DNA of 63,898 nucleotides, counting the filler, from Patellaria atrata CBS 101060 (lineage: Eukaryota), in NCBI GenBank assembly GCA_010093705.1. It is 7 parts of 6 records of this genome, joined end to end, with 100 filler letters (N's around TTAATTAATTAA, not from the genome) between each part and the next. Parts side by side here need not be neighbours in the genome. Positions count along the whole stretch, not along the records: positions 1 to 1,215 come from MU006122.1; positions 1,316 to 2,817 come from MU006122.1; positions 2,918 to 20,771 come from MU006125.1; 4 more parts are not named here. One strand, given 5' to 3'. Under the pieces are notes generated by a model. The model was given only the letters and a program-made list of their open reading frames with translations. It had not been told where the DNA came from and ran no database searches. A program made the translations under genes and the position numbers. Each line of letters begins with the position of its first letter. Positions within the stretch are counted from its first letter, which is position 1. This document shows positions 1 to 13,541 of this stretch, in pieces.

Positions 1-161
1 GTTAAACGGAAGATAGTCGGGCCGAGGCTTGGCAAGGCGGGACTGTTATATGCGGATATTCGGCCCACGATATTATTGTTCCTTAACTTAATCTCTATAC
101 TTAGTAGTTAGTAATAGAGATAGTCAAAATACGATTACTATAGCTATACTACATTGTCACA
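1..161. mobile_element. LTR terminus (family A), ending ...TGTCACA
   Basis: 46-161 is the near-exact reverse complement of 1100-1215; terminal TG..CA typical of LTRs; differences are transitions. Confidence 0.7.
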
Positions 162-1099
162 AAGTCTAGAAGAGCTAGATAAAAGATAAATTTAAGATTA
201 ATACTAACTAGTATAAAATAGAACGGGTTAAGATAGCTTATATAAAGATATAGGTTAGAGATTACGTGTCCCTTTATCTATACTCTCTTATAGAAGTTAA
301 AGCCGAAGATAATAAATTACTTATAATAAAAGAGTTATATAAATTCTTAGGTTAAATTTTAGAAAATCTTTATAAATATCTAACGACTAAGAATAATCTA
401 AGAAAATTAAAGTAGAGCTATTTAATAAACTTTATTAATTTTTAAGCCGAATTTATACGCTTAACTATTAAAGTTAAGGTTTCACGAGACTAATAGAAAG
501 AAAAGATCCACGATAAACTATATAACTTTCTACGTTAGTTAATATCTCTTTAAAGCGTTAATAATAGTGTCACCTTTAAAGTCTATTATAAATAGGCTAT
601 ACTATAAGCTCGAGGTCTCGAGAAGTTAAGTGAGGAGAGTAAGAAATAAAATAAGAATAAAAATAAGAAACCTTTTAATATAATATTAAATTCTATCTTA
701 ATTATAATAAAGACGATAATATTTTAAGCCGCTTTAACTATATCTCTAGTAATAAGCGTATCTATTTTTAAGACGACGATATTCTTAAGCTCGTGCTATA
801 ATTATAGTAAACTAGGTTATTAAGCTATAGACTATAGATAATTAAAGATTAGTAAGATAATTAAAGTTAAAATAATAATTAAAGAGAAGTTTAACTAGAG
901 TTTAGATTTAGAAAATAAATAACTCTAAATAAAGACTCCGCTTTAAAGTTAATAATTAGAGTATTATAAACCCTAATTAACGAGTTAATCACGGAAAGAT
1001 TATTTATTATACTCTATAGAATCTTAAGAAACGGTATCGTTATATAACTTAAAGCGTTAATTAATATCGGAGCTTAAAACTATATATTACTATATAAAG
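162..1099 (+). mobile_element. Heavily RIP-mutated Ty3/Gypsy gag-protease fragment
   Basis: Aligns by eye to the reverse complement of 63.27-63.9 kb (gaaaagatccacgataaactatata vs gaagagatccacgagaagctatata; agaaacggtatcgttatataactt..atcggagct = RNGIAIQL..IGA); TpA-rich with many stops. Confidence 0.85.
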
Positions 1100-1215
1100 T
1101 GTGACAATATAGTATAGCTATAGTAATCGTATTTTAACTATCTCTATTACTAACTACTAAGTGTGGAGATTAAGTTAAGGAACAATAATATCGTGGGCCG
1201 AATGTCCGTATATAA
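1100..1215. mobile_element. LTR terminus (family A), starting TGTGACA, inverted relative to 1-161
   Basis: Reverse complement of 46-161; truncated by gap. Confidence 0.7.
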
Positions 1216-1315
1216 NNNNNNNNNNNNNNNNNNNNNNNNNNNNNNNNNNNNNNNNNNNNTTAATTAATTAANNNNNNNNNNNNNNNNNNNNNNNNNNNNN
1301 NNNNNNNNNNNNNNN
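1216..1315. other. Assembly linker N44-TTAATTAATTAA-N44 (also 2818-2917, 20772-20871, 51205-51304, 52875-52974, 61913-62012)
   Basis: Identical 100-nt artificial spacer with stops in all frames, repeated six times. Confidence 0.97.
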
Positions 1316-2508
1316 ATCGCCACCTCGGCTACCGCCACCCGGGTCCCGGGCCCTAACTTTGGAGCGTACTTTTCTACCGCCCCCTCTCTAGAGGTTACAC
1401 GTTTCTTGCTACTCTAAGATATCTTCTTAGGTAGTAGTTATTGTTTTATTAAGAGCTAAAGAGGTGCCACCGTTATATTCGGGTCGATTAGCACCTAGGT
1501 CCGTGCCGTAATATTTTTATCTTTCGCTGTCTTTAGGTCTTCTTGTTTATAGGAGAGCGCGTTTACCACGACGTTTTAGGCTCCGGGCCGATACGTGATT
1601 CGGAAGTGGAAATTAGAGAGAGCTTCACTCCATCGGGCTTATCTAGCATTAAGTAACCGTTTCGTGGTGAAGTATTCTAGTGCTCTATAGTCAGTGATCA
1701 CGGTGAAGGGAACTTGCTGTAGCCCTACTAGCATGCTTCTCCACTCGGCTAGTGCTCTCACCACGGCTAGCATTTCCTTGTCGTGGATTTCGTACCTCAG
1801 TTCTATCTCCGATAACGTCTTGGTCTAGAAGGCAACTAGCCTCTAGACGTGTCCGTGGAGCTGCGACATAACTGCTACGGCAACCCCGTCACTATAGTCG
1901 GACTCGACTTTCGTCTCGAGTAGAGGGTTATAGTGCGCCAGCACTTAATCTAATAGAATTAGCTCTTTTACTTTCTTAAATACCTCTTCTTCTTTCTACC
2001 TAAGTGGTTTCCAAACCCCTTTTCGTGTCCGTATCGTTAATGGTCGTATGACTCGTCCGAATTTCTCTAGGAACTTCCGGTAGAAGTTGTAGAATCCGTT
2101 AAACGATAAGATCCCCTTTACGTTCGTTGGTAACTTCTAGTTTCGGACTACTTCAGTCTTTTCTAGATCTATCGCTATTCCGTCGGTGCTGATAATAAAG
2201 CCGAGGAACTTCGTCTTTATCACGTGGAACTCGCTTTTCTTAATATCGGCTTATAGGCCGGCCTTAGCTAGTGCTTCTAGCACTTTCGCGATGTGGGTCT
2301 AGTGCTCTAGTGGGCACTTAGAGTAGATCAGTATATCGTCAACATATACTATATAGAAGTCGTCTAGGTATTGAAAGAGCGCCTTATTAATAAACCGTTA
2401 GAACGAGGCTAGGCCGTTATATAACCCGAAGGGTAGTACCTTGTACTTAAACGATCTATATCTCGTTCGGAAGGTGGTAAGATCTTCGGCTAACTCCTTT
2501 ATCCTAAC
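1316..2508 (-). mobile_element. RIP-degraded Ty3/Gypsy pol fragment (RT-RNase H)
   Basis: Minus strand reads DLTTFRTRY..FKYKVLPFGL, VYVDDILI (2326-2349), FNGFYNFYRKF, YDKEMLAVV; same family as the 62 kb element; many stops. Confidence 0.9.
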
Positions 2509-2615
2509 TACAATGCTTAAGTGTTTTAAGGTCTAAAACACTTTTTTTTGGCGCCAAGATTCTGAAAACCGGGGGCTTAAAACACTTTCTTACTTTCAAA
2601 AGTGTTTTAAGGTCA
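2509..2615. repeat. Nested inverted repeats of AAGTGTTTTA/TAAAACACTT (possible DNA-transposon or MITE terminus)
   Basis: aagtgttttaaggtctaaaacactt and cttaaaacacttt..aaagtgttttaag hairpins; begins exactly where the Gypsy RT homology stops. Confidence 0.45.
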
Positions 2616-2920
2616 AAATCTTCAGATATATTGCGATGCAAACCGATAGAAGGGTGCAATTGACCTAGGTGAATATTCTGATAAAGTCAGATTCGTTTAT
2701 TAGCTAGTTTTTTGATGCTAGACTGTCATGTTAACATATCAGGTTGGAATTCTTTGGATGAGGCAAATTTCCATCCGTGCGCACTGCCAAGGGCCTCCAT
2801 CTCCTAGTCTAGGGGGANNNNNNNNNNNNNNNNNNNNNNNNNNNNNNNNNNNNNNNNNNNNTTAATTAATTAANNNNNNNNNNNNNNNNNNNNNNNNNNN
2901 NNNNNNNNNNNNNNNNNCCT

Positions 2921-3004
2921 AGTAGGTATAAACGCTGTAACCTGCATGTTCTCATGTATTTAAACGCTCTTTAGTACAGTCATTAAACAATCGAGCGATT
3001 ATCT
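2921..3004 (+). repeat. Dispersed repeat R1, copy 1 (5' truncated by gap)
   Basis: agtaggtata..ttctcatg..aacgctctttagtacagtcattaaacaatcgagcgattat matches 53630-53717 and 55764-55848. Confidence 0.8.
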
Positions 3005-3051
3005 TGATCATTTTCAGCACCCTTACGTCTGACAATTAACCTTCTTAGCTC

Positions 3052-3720
3052 TTAAAGCATCTCCGCTCTTCTAGCTGACTTGCAATTTAGCACTACCATC
3101 TCCGACGACTTAATAGCTAAAAGTACCTCTTCAGCCATTTGGTATTGGTGGTCCCAGTATCCTTTGATCAATATGCAGCCTCTTAACCTGGATATATCTA
3201 GGGAGAGACCCACTTCAAACATCTTTTTCACGTCAGACTCATAAGAGTATTTTTCTTCCATAGTTACCGGGAGCAGCCCCTCTCTATACGGCCAGTATCC
3301 TGCGAGAATAGTGTTAATGATAGATCCCAGACTGAAGATATCAACTGCCGGTGACGAAACCCACGGCAGATGGGGGTCAAAAAAGGGATCGTCGGGCAAG
3401 TGGTGGACATTCAATCCCAGCTCATCACACCTCGCTCTACCAAAGTCGTAGAGCCAGAGGTCCAGCGATAGTTCAGTTGTAGTATGTACTTAGTGCTTAA
3501 GAATGGAATGGTCTGTGGTATTTAATGAGGAAGAGAGTCTCGGTTTTGGATGCGATGTTAGAACGTTGCCCATCTCACCTTTCCTTTTGTCAACCTCTAC
3601 GACAGAATGCGGGCTTCAAAACCTTCGGAAAAAATTGTTTCTCTGGAGAAGGAAAGGAGTCGAATCTCTGACCCCTTTTATAAGCCGGCAGAAGATAGAC
3701 TCCAAAGGTGGATTGAATTA
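3052..3720 (-). pseudogene. Protein kinase-like pseudogene
   Basis: LDLWLYDFGRARC (DFG), PFFDP, DIFSLGSII..GYWPY; stops/frameshifts upstream; 5' limit approximate. Confidence 0.7.
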
Positions 3721-5012
3721 CGCGAAACAGAACCCGAGATAATAAGTAAAATTTTTAAAAAGAATATAAATGGTATTGAAAGAATTTAAATATTTAATAA
3801 TTATTTCAATCAATATTGTTGTCTAAGGCCTTGTTAGAATTCCGTGGTTGTTTTACACGTTGATTGACTGCAGGTAGCATTTATCGCATTAGCTCACTCA
3901 ACATCTTCTCCATAATATATTCGGTGGCCTACGACTTTCGCGAGATTAACTGTCAAATTCGGCGTGAATATAAATACGTTCATCTCTCACACCATTTCCG
4001 TCTTTCCCACATCCTTTCTCACAATGGCCTCAACTCAACTCATACACTCAGACATCTCACCTTTCACCGCAGAGGAAGAGGAAGAGATGTAAAAGGAGCC
4101 ACCAAATCATGATGCAACAGTTGGTTCAGCTAAGGTCCGAAATCTTTTTTGTGCTTTTCTAACCGCTGATTCACATTGTTATCCAAGGTTGTGCGCAGTC
4201 TTTTGTCGACATTGGTCAGCTGCTACAGTAGCAATATCACTTTGGGACAGAACTTCTCACAATACACATTACTAATTTTGACCGTATTCGCGTGATTCAC
4301 AGCGCTCCATTCTTGGCATAAAAACATACACCGCGAGACCTCCGTACCGCTCCTCTCTCCTTCTTTCTCCTCCAGGGTCGAATGATAGATCTTTCACGTA
4401 CTACCGCATTGTTTGTGGTGGGTGCTGAGAGTTGAAAGACGGACCATATTATGATTTAACGGTTGGCTTAGCTACTGGCTTCGGAATCCTTTTGGGCGTT
4501 TCGAATCGCTGGGTTGTATTGTTATCTGAGGTTTCGAGATGGTCTTGACGTTCGCGACTCCTCCCGATATTGCATTTGTTGAATGTCTTTTTCCATCTTA
4601 ATCATGGCGAGTAGTATCTGCAATCCCGTAGTTAGATGAGCTAACAGACTCGGGAATAGACTCGTTATAGGTTTTACGGCAAACTTGACAGCGGACCTGA
4701 GAGCGGACTTGACAGTAGAGTTCCAGAAGAGTTGACAGCAATACAATCTATCTTGTCTAGAAGCAAAGAGATACGCAGTAGAAGAAGGGTCATACAATCG
4801 TAGTTATTGAATATCAACTCTATACAATTTCAAAAACCCATTCATGTTTCCGGACGCCATGCTAGAAATACCATAATTCACCTAAGTCCCATATATACAC
4901 GGAACAAATAATCAACTCCATAACCCAACAACACCAGAAATCCCTAGAGAAATGAGAATAGACCAAAAGAAACCCTACGCCCATACCCACTATATACAGC
5001 ATACCTCCCTTA

Positions 5013-6178
5013 CTAGTGTATTCCTCCCATCAAACTCTGCCTCACATTCTTATTCACCACTCCTCCAACACCAAAAGCAGGTACGATCCTTCCTACTCTT
5101 GCGAGACAACTCTTTCCCCACTCACTTGTGACCTTCCTCATCCTCTCCGCCAACCCTATGTGTTGTCTATTATACATATCCAGGCCCAAAAGATGTAACG
5201 GCGTGCTCACAATTTGCACCGCAGCAGGAGTAAGGAACTGCGCTGCTGAAGCGCTCGAGAAGTACTGATCTAGACTCTTCGTAAACCCGGGAATATGGTA
5301 TTTCTCAAGCTGTAGCCGCGGTGCAATCAGAGGCGGTAGATTGAAGGACGCGAAGATCGTCAGGCAGTCACGTAGGGTAAAGAGGGCAAATGTGGGAAGT
5401 GGGACGGCACGGGGAGCTTGGTTAACGGCGCCGAACATGCGTGTGTAGGAACGGTCTTTGATCAGTCCGAGGGAGAGATTGGCGGTGGAGGTTGCGGCGA
5501 ACTTGGTGAAGGAGGGATGTTGGGCGCTGTATGGGGTTGAGGAGGAGGAGGAGGATACAGTGGTGGTGATTGTATCGACTGTGTTGGCTGTTAGGTAAGT
5601 GCCGCCGTAGACCATCTGCGAGGTTGTTAGTTCTGAATTCTGATAATAGGAGGAAAGCGCGGCGAGGAGCTAGGAGTCCCTAATCGGAAGGAAGTGGTAG
5701 GAGAGTGAACTTAGAACATGGTCTACGTACGAATATGAGGGCAAATGGTTTCGAAAAGATAAACTGGTGTGGACGGAGCAGGAAAGTAGCTAAGGAGGTT
5801 TTTATGCTTGCACCGAGTGTATTGCGGCCGGACGCGTTCTCAATGATTCCCCTGGGAGTCAAATCAGAAACCAACTGTCAAAATCATGCATACAGGACCC
5901 GTATGCAGTTGCATATATTTCAAATGGACGAACCTATCAATAATCGAAATAATGGGTGCAACAAGGGCTCCCGCTGAAGCAGCGGCCGCAACATCCGCGC
6001 CCAACCTAAGTCCTAGATGCTGTGTATTCCATTCCGTCAATTTCGGTACATTCGGCGTAGGAACCACCGTAGGGATGGTCGCAGCAATCGGCTGCTTCAG
6101 CGTTGCGGCGTTGAAAGCTATCGAGGTTACTGCGTTACCTGGCGGAGGTGCTACTGGGTGCGTGTTGCGTTCTTCCAT
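5013..6178 (-). CDS. Conserved fungal multi-pass membrane protein (mitochondrial carrier-like fold suspected), 3 exons
   Basis: Spliced ORFs MEERN..WNTQHLGLRLGADVAAAASAGALVAPIISIIDR / GIIENASG..PFALIF / MVYGGTYLTAN..QIVSTPLHLLGLDMYNR..RIVPAFGVGGVVN; GT-AG introns. Confidence 0.75.
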
Positions 6179-6667
6179 AGGTCCTCCGCAATTCTTGTAT
6201 GAAAGACCTGTTCTGGGGATACATGAGATTAAGTACTTTAGGGGTACGAGAGCAGCGGTAAGCAAATAAGCTGCAGATGATGATGAGGCTGCAGTAGAGC
6301 TCTAGACGTTCAAGTATTTGCAATGGAAGTGCCCCGGTCAAAAAGTTGCGGATTGGCTCTTGCGGCCGACAAAAAGCGTCAGCTAAACCCTTCTCCGTAT
6401 TCAAGGATGCGAGATCGGGGATCTACAGGACTATGGCCTAAAATAGTAGTGAAGCAGAGTTCATCAGGCTGTATTTGCTTATCCAGTAGTGTGTGATTGG
6501 TGTATTCATTATAGTGGGTATATATACAAGATCTATGTCCGAATGTACTCCTCCTGTAGTACAAAAGCGTGTCAGGCACCACGTATGGGCATCAGCATAA
6601 GCATAAAGGATTCCACTCGTTGCCACCGCAACTCCACTGCGTTCCATATGGGGCTGCGGGATCAACA

Positions 6668-8603
6668 TCATGTTGGGAGGTTGACAATCCAGTTCTCCCA
6701 GAATCGCAGACCATCAAAGCTTTGCTCACGACACAAAACACCCCTTTCTTCGGCCATTTCTAACTCCTCGGTTGCGACTCCCACACTCCAGCCAAAATGC
6801 TCAGCTGTCTCCTGAGCTGTAACGCCTTTCCCAAACATAGTCCAGTCCCAAGAAACTTTATCAGGAGGGGGGATAGAGTGCAGACTATTTAGCCAGCTCT
6901 GTAAGCTAGCAATTGTCTTTTCATCGGTACGATCACGACCTTGCACTGCGAGAAGACCACTTTTGAACTTTCGTAACCTGACGGGTAGTTTAAGTTTATC
7001 CCAGAGCTGTGCAGCTTTTTCGAAATCAGTAGGGCTGATGAGTTCTACACCACCTCTGAATCTGTTAAAAATTGCCCACAGATCAACTAGACTCATAATT
7101 CCCCCTTCTTTTCTCAATATGCCTCTAGCATCGTCTGTGAGAAATTCCGCTAGGTTCCTTGATAATTCAGAGAGATACAAGGAATTGGACCCTGACCCTA
7201 ACATGTCCTTTGTTGTGACAAGACCCAAGGCAGAAGCAGATTGGGAAACTAGGGCATTAGTTTCTGTAGTATTTCCGTTTGTGATGTTTCGTTGAGACGC
7301 GAACTGCTCAGCGAGGGCGATAATTTCCTTTGCAGATGTCATAAGAGCCTCTAGATCTTCGAAGGCATTACCAATCACCAATTCATTGGTTTTTCGAAGT
7401 TCCATCCCTCGTCGCTCAAGTGCCGCTATGCCTACGCTTTTATTTCGATCTAATGACTCACCAGAACCAGCGTAAGGGCCGTCATCGAACGTCCCCGAGT
7501 TTCGGCCTGGTTTGGGAACAGGGGGAGCGCTTTCAAGGAGCCATTTACGCTGAACCATGGCCCCTTTCAGTCTTTCATGGAAAATCTTCTCACCTCCATC
7601 GCGGAAGGAGAATTTGATACTTTCAATAATATCGTGGTCTAAGGGTGCGCTACCGAGACTGGGACCTGGAGATTCTACGCGATTCACACCGTCTCTTAGA
7701 TCCAGTCGCCTATCCATAGCAACCAATGATGTACCGCACATTTCACACGAGACAAGTGCTGGATCATTGTCAAATGTACAGCGCGGACATCGGTATGTTG
7801 GCGTTGCAAAGGGATCTGATAGATTATCTGAACTTGTAGAAGGTGCGAAATTTCCAGCAGGCCCCTGAGGTCTTAAAGGTACAGGAGCAATTGGAGCAGA
7901 CTGTCTATTTGTCATTGAGGAAATGGTTGCCTTAACCACATGAACCAAAGGCGGTTTAATACCACACGCTAGGCAAGGCGGTAGAGGAGTGTGTATATTG
8001 GCGGTCGAAGGATCGAAATTCGACGGAACAGGATTAGAGAAGGAACAGATAGGACAGATCCATGTTGCTTTAACACTGACTTGCGGTGTTGGCGAACTGA
8101 GGGAATGTGCTGGACTTCCATATCGTGCGGGAGGTGTTCTAGGCGAGGCAGTATTTGAGATATTCGCAGAATTTGGACCACGGAGAGAGAGTGATGCCCT
8201 TTTGGAGAGTTTCGGGAAGAAAGTGACCTTGGGCGATGATTTCAAGAATCCTGCCTTTGGGATTGTTATAAGCCATTATCCACAACTCTATATTGAGCAA
8301 AACATACATAGAATTCTACCCTCTCCACTTCTTTAAGACTTATAGCGACTGAATATTTTCGAGGCTCCTCGTTGTCTACGTAACAAGCTCGGTGGGATGT
8401 CAGGTATGCATGACCATTTTGGTAGTGGGGAATTTTATATTTCCTGTTTGGGCCAAACTGGGTCAGTATAACGGTGGAATAGATATTGGGGGAAATACAA
8501 ACCCTTCGTAGAGACCAATGGAATCCTGTACGAAGAGTAAAGTCTCATCTGGGAGCAATAAAGGCCGTAGAGCGGTGGTGAGATCTATTTGACGAAGGAA
8601 CAT
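6668..8603 (-). CDS. VPS36: ESCRT-II subunit Vps36 (GLUE domain split by two NZF zinc fingers, EAP30 C-terminus)
   Basis: Exon 1 MFLRQIDLTTALRPLLLPDETLLFVQDSIGLYEG; WICPICSFSN, CPRCTFDNDPALVSCEMCG, IKFSFRDGG, AFEDLEALM, GGIMSLVDLWAIFNR. Confidence 0.95.
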
Positions 8604-9140
8604 TCAGGACATGCGACGGTGGGGATTGGATGGTTATGGTATGTAATTAGAATGTAACTTCCCGGTGTTGAATGTGTCGGAGTGGAATTGTCGATAAAAG
8701 CATTCAAAAGGAGAAACCATAAAGAACTGACCTTATCGTTACAGTAGTATATCTTACCTTTAGCTACGTCGGCCATCTCGGGCTTTCAAACGGGGCTGGG
8801 TATGGCCCGCAAGTACTCACATCGTTAACCCCCCGGAGCCAGCCGCCCCTTAGAGTCTTGGTATGCTCGCACTACAGGTCACATTGACTTTGTCTTCACT
8901 CACTCAAGTCTTCACTTATTATCCTGTCTACCTTGTCAACGCGCCGTTTGTCCTCAAACCTCGACTGATTCTGTTTTCATTGTCTCTTTGAATTCTCATT
9001 TTCTTCTTTCTCAACTCCACACTTGAGCATCTCGCAACCCCTACCTCTCGGCCCTCGCATAGTTCTATTGCCATTCAGCTAAGTCGTGAACTGCTCATTC
9101 AAGATTCCTACAAAGACCAACAGCTAGCTCTCAGCTTGCT

Positions 9141-11164
9141 ATGGAGGGCGATTTCGATGGTGTGGATTTCAAGAATTCTAAGATTGAACAAAAATCTCAC
9201 CCTCGTTTTACAGCCAACTCCGTGCCCGCCTATTCCACTGTCAACACCAGACGCAGTTTCAACAACCCTAATTTGTCTACCCGAAACATGCATTCTGCAG
9301 CCCCGCCGTCTCTATCGTCGTTAACAATGGAGGGTGGACATTCTTCTACTGTGCAACCAAGTCCACCGCTCCCTAAATCAGCGGAAGATTATGTTTATAG
9401 GACTTTCCAGTATTTCCAGGGACACGAATCAAACCAGAAAGATAGGATAGCGGCCGAGAACAAGCTTAGGGAAATCCTCGAGGCCGCTGTAAAAAACAAC
9501 ACAATAACCAAGGTAGACTGGGATCACTATCCCCTTCCCCAAGATATCATCCGCCAGGAGAACTTGACGCTCAGTAGCCAAAAGTTCCGCACCCAAGGCG
9601 TTAGCACTAACTCCGATGCCGTGCCGTTCCCAAACAGATCTAAGAAGCGTAAATCTACTGATACCAGTTTCACTAATTCCTCTAATGATGCTACAACCCA
9701 TGGGGACGTATCCGAAAATGTGCCGTCAAAAAAAAGGAAGAGCAAGAAGGCCCGAAAGAAGGAGAAGGAGGCCATCAAGCGTGCGGAGCAACAGCAGCAG
9801 AACGTTGATCAGCTCAGTAACAATACTAACACTTTCGAAGAAGCTTTGCAGAGGCGAGCAGCTCGTTTCGGAACGGGAAATAGTACCTCTCATCCGCTAG
9901 GTCCATCCAGATCCCAATCCCCGGTCTCGACACCACCCAAGATCTCAACCCAGCTCATCGACAGGATTTCCTTCCAGTCGCATACCAACAACGATCAGAC
10001 CATGTACCAGTTTCACTCTTCAAGCCCATTTCAGGCCTCAGTCCAGCATATCGACACAACAATGTACTCAAATTCCCAGCTCCCTATTGGCCAATCTTTT
10101 TATTCTTTTGCACCACAACCGATTGTCGGCAGATGCATGCAATGGGAAAAGAGTTACTTCCGATTAACGGATGTTGCTAACCCGAAATCTGTACGGCCGT
10201 TGCCAATTCTGCGTGAGGCGTTCAAACAACTCAAGTTAAGAGATGATCGAGATTATGGTTACCTTGCCGACCAGTATAAGTCTATCCGCCAAGACCTCAA
10301 TGTTCAAAATATCAAAAATGAGTTTACTCTTGAAATCTATGAGTATAACACTTGTCTTGCCCTGCAGCATGACGACCTGGGTGAGTATAATCAGTGCGCG
10401 GCGCAGCTACCAGCCCTCTATTCTAAATTTCCGGGACCGCGCAAGATTGAGTTCATCTCATATCGAATTCTATACCTTGTGTATACACTCAATCTGCACG
10501 AAGTATGTGACCTTATTAACGAGCTAACCCAGGAAGAGCTGTCCTCTTGGCCAGTTCAACACGCTCTTGCCGTATGGCGAGTTGCCCATAACCCAATATA
10601 TGATGGGTCTGGAAATTACAGAGATCTGTTTATTTTGTATAGGTTCCGTCCAGCCCACCTTCAGGTCCGTCTTATGGACATGTTCCTCGAGCGGGAAAGA
10701 CTTCTTGCCACGGAAAAGATTTGCAAATCGTAAGTTCTAAAGTGTTCATATACCTAAGGTAACTTATTTGTACTGATTATGATTCTAGTTTCAGACCTGA
10801 GGTGCCAATAACCTTTCTCGCAAAGGTTTTGGGTTTCCGTAGATCTTTGTGTGTCGCGAACGATGACACCATCTATTACACTCCCGAAATTCGCAAACTC
10901 CTGCTGCATCCTCCTGACAAGGCTCTATGTCGTCCAGCAGAAGCCCCACCGACCTGGGCACAGCTCTTGGAGATGACCGATGAAGTGAAGAAATGGCTCG
11001 TTCACCACGGCGCTGAGGATTACCTCAGTGTGAAGAATGATGAGACATACCTTGATATTCTGAAATACAAGAACGATGCAACTAAGCCTCACGCATTCAC
11101 GATTTTCCGTACCGCGCGAATGGCAGCATTCAAAACCATTGACATCAAGGGCCAGCGGGCATAA
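9141..11164 (+). CDS. THP3: SAC3/GANP/THP3-family (Thp3/LENG8-like) PCI protein; intron ~10730-10789
   Basis: IVGRCMQWEKSYFRLT..VRPLPIL, YLADQYKSIRQDLNVQNIKNEFT..YE, DLGEYNQCAAQL, EFISYRILY; C-terminus IDIKGQ. Confidence 0.85.
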
Positions 11165-13541
11165 TCGACAAAACGACCTTTTGGTCTTCCAACGGGTCAA
11201 GTGACAACCTACTTTCCTTCTGAAACGGCTGCTTCTTATCTCATATGAACTTACGACAATATCCTTCTTTCCCTTGTAGTTCATATGGGATGCGAAGAGC
11301 TTCAACTGTGTCGGCGTCCCGTATCGGTCATATCCATTTTGTTTTCCCTTGTCGATACTAATGAGTTTCTGAATTTTCCTTTTGAGATACCAAGTTTGGA
11401 AGGAGGGAGGGGGGATTTAGTGCTCTAGCTACGGGATGATGGAGTTTCTGGACTGATAGATGTCAGTCACGGTGTTCCGATTTCAAATGATACGGCCTCG
11501 GTTTGAATTTTAAGGTATCAAGAGTCGACTCCCTAGGTTCTCAATATCAAGGGTTGGCGTCTCCGTCCTGATATCAAACGTTAAGATAACGGGTCTGTGG
11601 GTCATGCGACATCATTGACCTCGGTCGCTGGCTCATATCATGCCATGGAGTATCGGTCCCTGGAAATTACGATGATATGGCGACCTTTCAGTCTTCTTTC
11701 TGGACAACGCCCGGATGTATTAGTCTTGCTTTCTCCGTGGCATGTTCCTCAACATTTGCTTTTCATTCGTGTAACTCATAAAAATCTAGTTTGCGTGCGA
11801 CAGAAATGAACAATTGAATGTTCAGCACTTGTCTTTCACGTTTGATTCGTAGAACTACCGTTTAAGCCGGAGTCTGTGACGACGACTGACAATCGCGAGA
11901 TGGATTAATATTCTTGTGATAGTGATCGAGCTGCAGGACCAAAAGTACAATTTCACCATGCAAACATCTTGCTTGTGAAGTGATTTGTGTTCTTCCTACG
12001 CTTTCATGTTTCCGTCTTCAGCGTGATATTTTGTGGATCGTAGTAGAGTTAAAGTTACCGATACCGCGCGCCGAAACCGGTAATGCAGTGTTGAACGTAC
12101 TATATACTTGTCTTGGGTATGATATTAAGGTACTTATTTACAATCCCGAATAAGAGTTATGGGATTCAGCGTCTTCCAAAACCCTACCGTCTACACTGTG
12201 AGTCTGTGAGGTAGAACTACCTTTTAGGCCCCTTTGGGCGCTCGGGTGTCCCCTTAGTGCCTTGTAAAACTGCCCATTTCTTCCTTCTATGTTATTCCTA
12301 CCCAATGTATATTCATGGAGCATATGGAGTATGGGAGAGTACGCGTTAAGAGTTGCGAAATTGAAAGCAAATTATGAGACGTTTCGACTACGATTTGGAA
12401 TTAGAGCAGAATGGAGAACTATACAACAATGAGACAAATTGACAAAGAGTCGTTCAAACCCACTGCTTTGGGTCAAGTCTATGACGGTCTTTACACTTTC
12501 TTTTACCACGTTTTCCGCAAACCTAAACGCAGTAGTAGATCGTAAGAGCCATGGCTAACAGTTCTTTACTGTTTTACTACTGCATTCCGATCAGCTGGAG
12601 TAACCGTATGAGGTGGAGCGCTGTGTACTGTAGTTCTAGAGAGAAGTGATCGAGATCCGGCCCAAGGATTGCGGATTTGACCCCTTCCTTTGGAAACAGC
12701 CCAACGCGCATAACCATCACACGTAACTCTGTGTATGATGGTATCCTTAAGGTGGAGCCCAATAATAAATGACAGTATATGACAAGAGAATGTCCCACAC
12801 TGACATCGTCTCGCAACTGCCAACTGCCAACTGCCCCGTTCGTTAGGTTTGCTTTATCGATAGATCCCCGTCCCAACGTCCTTGTTGCTGGGATTGTCGT
12901 TTGACCTTTAGCAAAAAGACGATTCCGCCGTGCGAACCGGATACAGTAGAGACGAAATTCTTCAACAAGCCTTCAAAACTTCTCCATCACACCCCCTTCC
13001 AGATCAGCGAGAACGTTTGATAAGCAGTTAACGTGTGGGGCACACAATTGAAGCACGTCTTGTTCGCCTTTCCAGTGAATCTAGTCAGCCATTAGTGTGG
13101 CAACCACGAGTCTTCCACCCTTGGTATTCTCCTTCTAGGGCTGGCTCGCAGGGTTCGCAGACAGACCCCTCATCTTTTCTTGACCATAACACCTCCTCTC
13201 ATTTCCCCATCTGAACGTTGATAAAGCTCGGTGCTTCTACACTGCGGACGCTGAAGGCTCCTCGATCGCATTTCCTTGACCTTTACATTCCATTGAACGT
13301 CCCCTATACCGGAATTCTGCTCCCAGCGACATTCGTGCGGCACGGCGCGCTTGAAGTGAACGTGAAGCAGGACTATTTTGCTACAACGCAAAGCTTGCGA
13401 GGGATTACCTTACGACGGTTTGCATATTCGGATTTACCTACATTAGAATCATACAAACGACAACAACGCGTGCGCGCTCTGGTAGAAGGTATAAATTACT
13501 TCGACAGACTTCTCAAAAGCGATTGTGTACACAACGACAAA

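Noticed and set aside
1216..1315. Recurrent TTAATTAATTAA palindrome
   Set aside because: Artificial contig linker inside N runs; not biological
2777..2817. Possible third partial R2 copy (cgcactg..ggcctcc..cctag)
   Set aside because: Only ~30 bp of gapped similarity at a contig end; could be chance
11200..13500. Short ORFs between THP3 and BEM1
   Set aside because: No recognisable domains; consistent with UTR/promoter DNA
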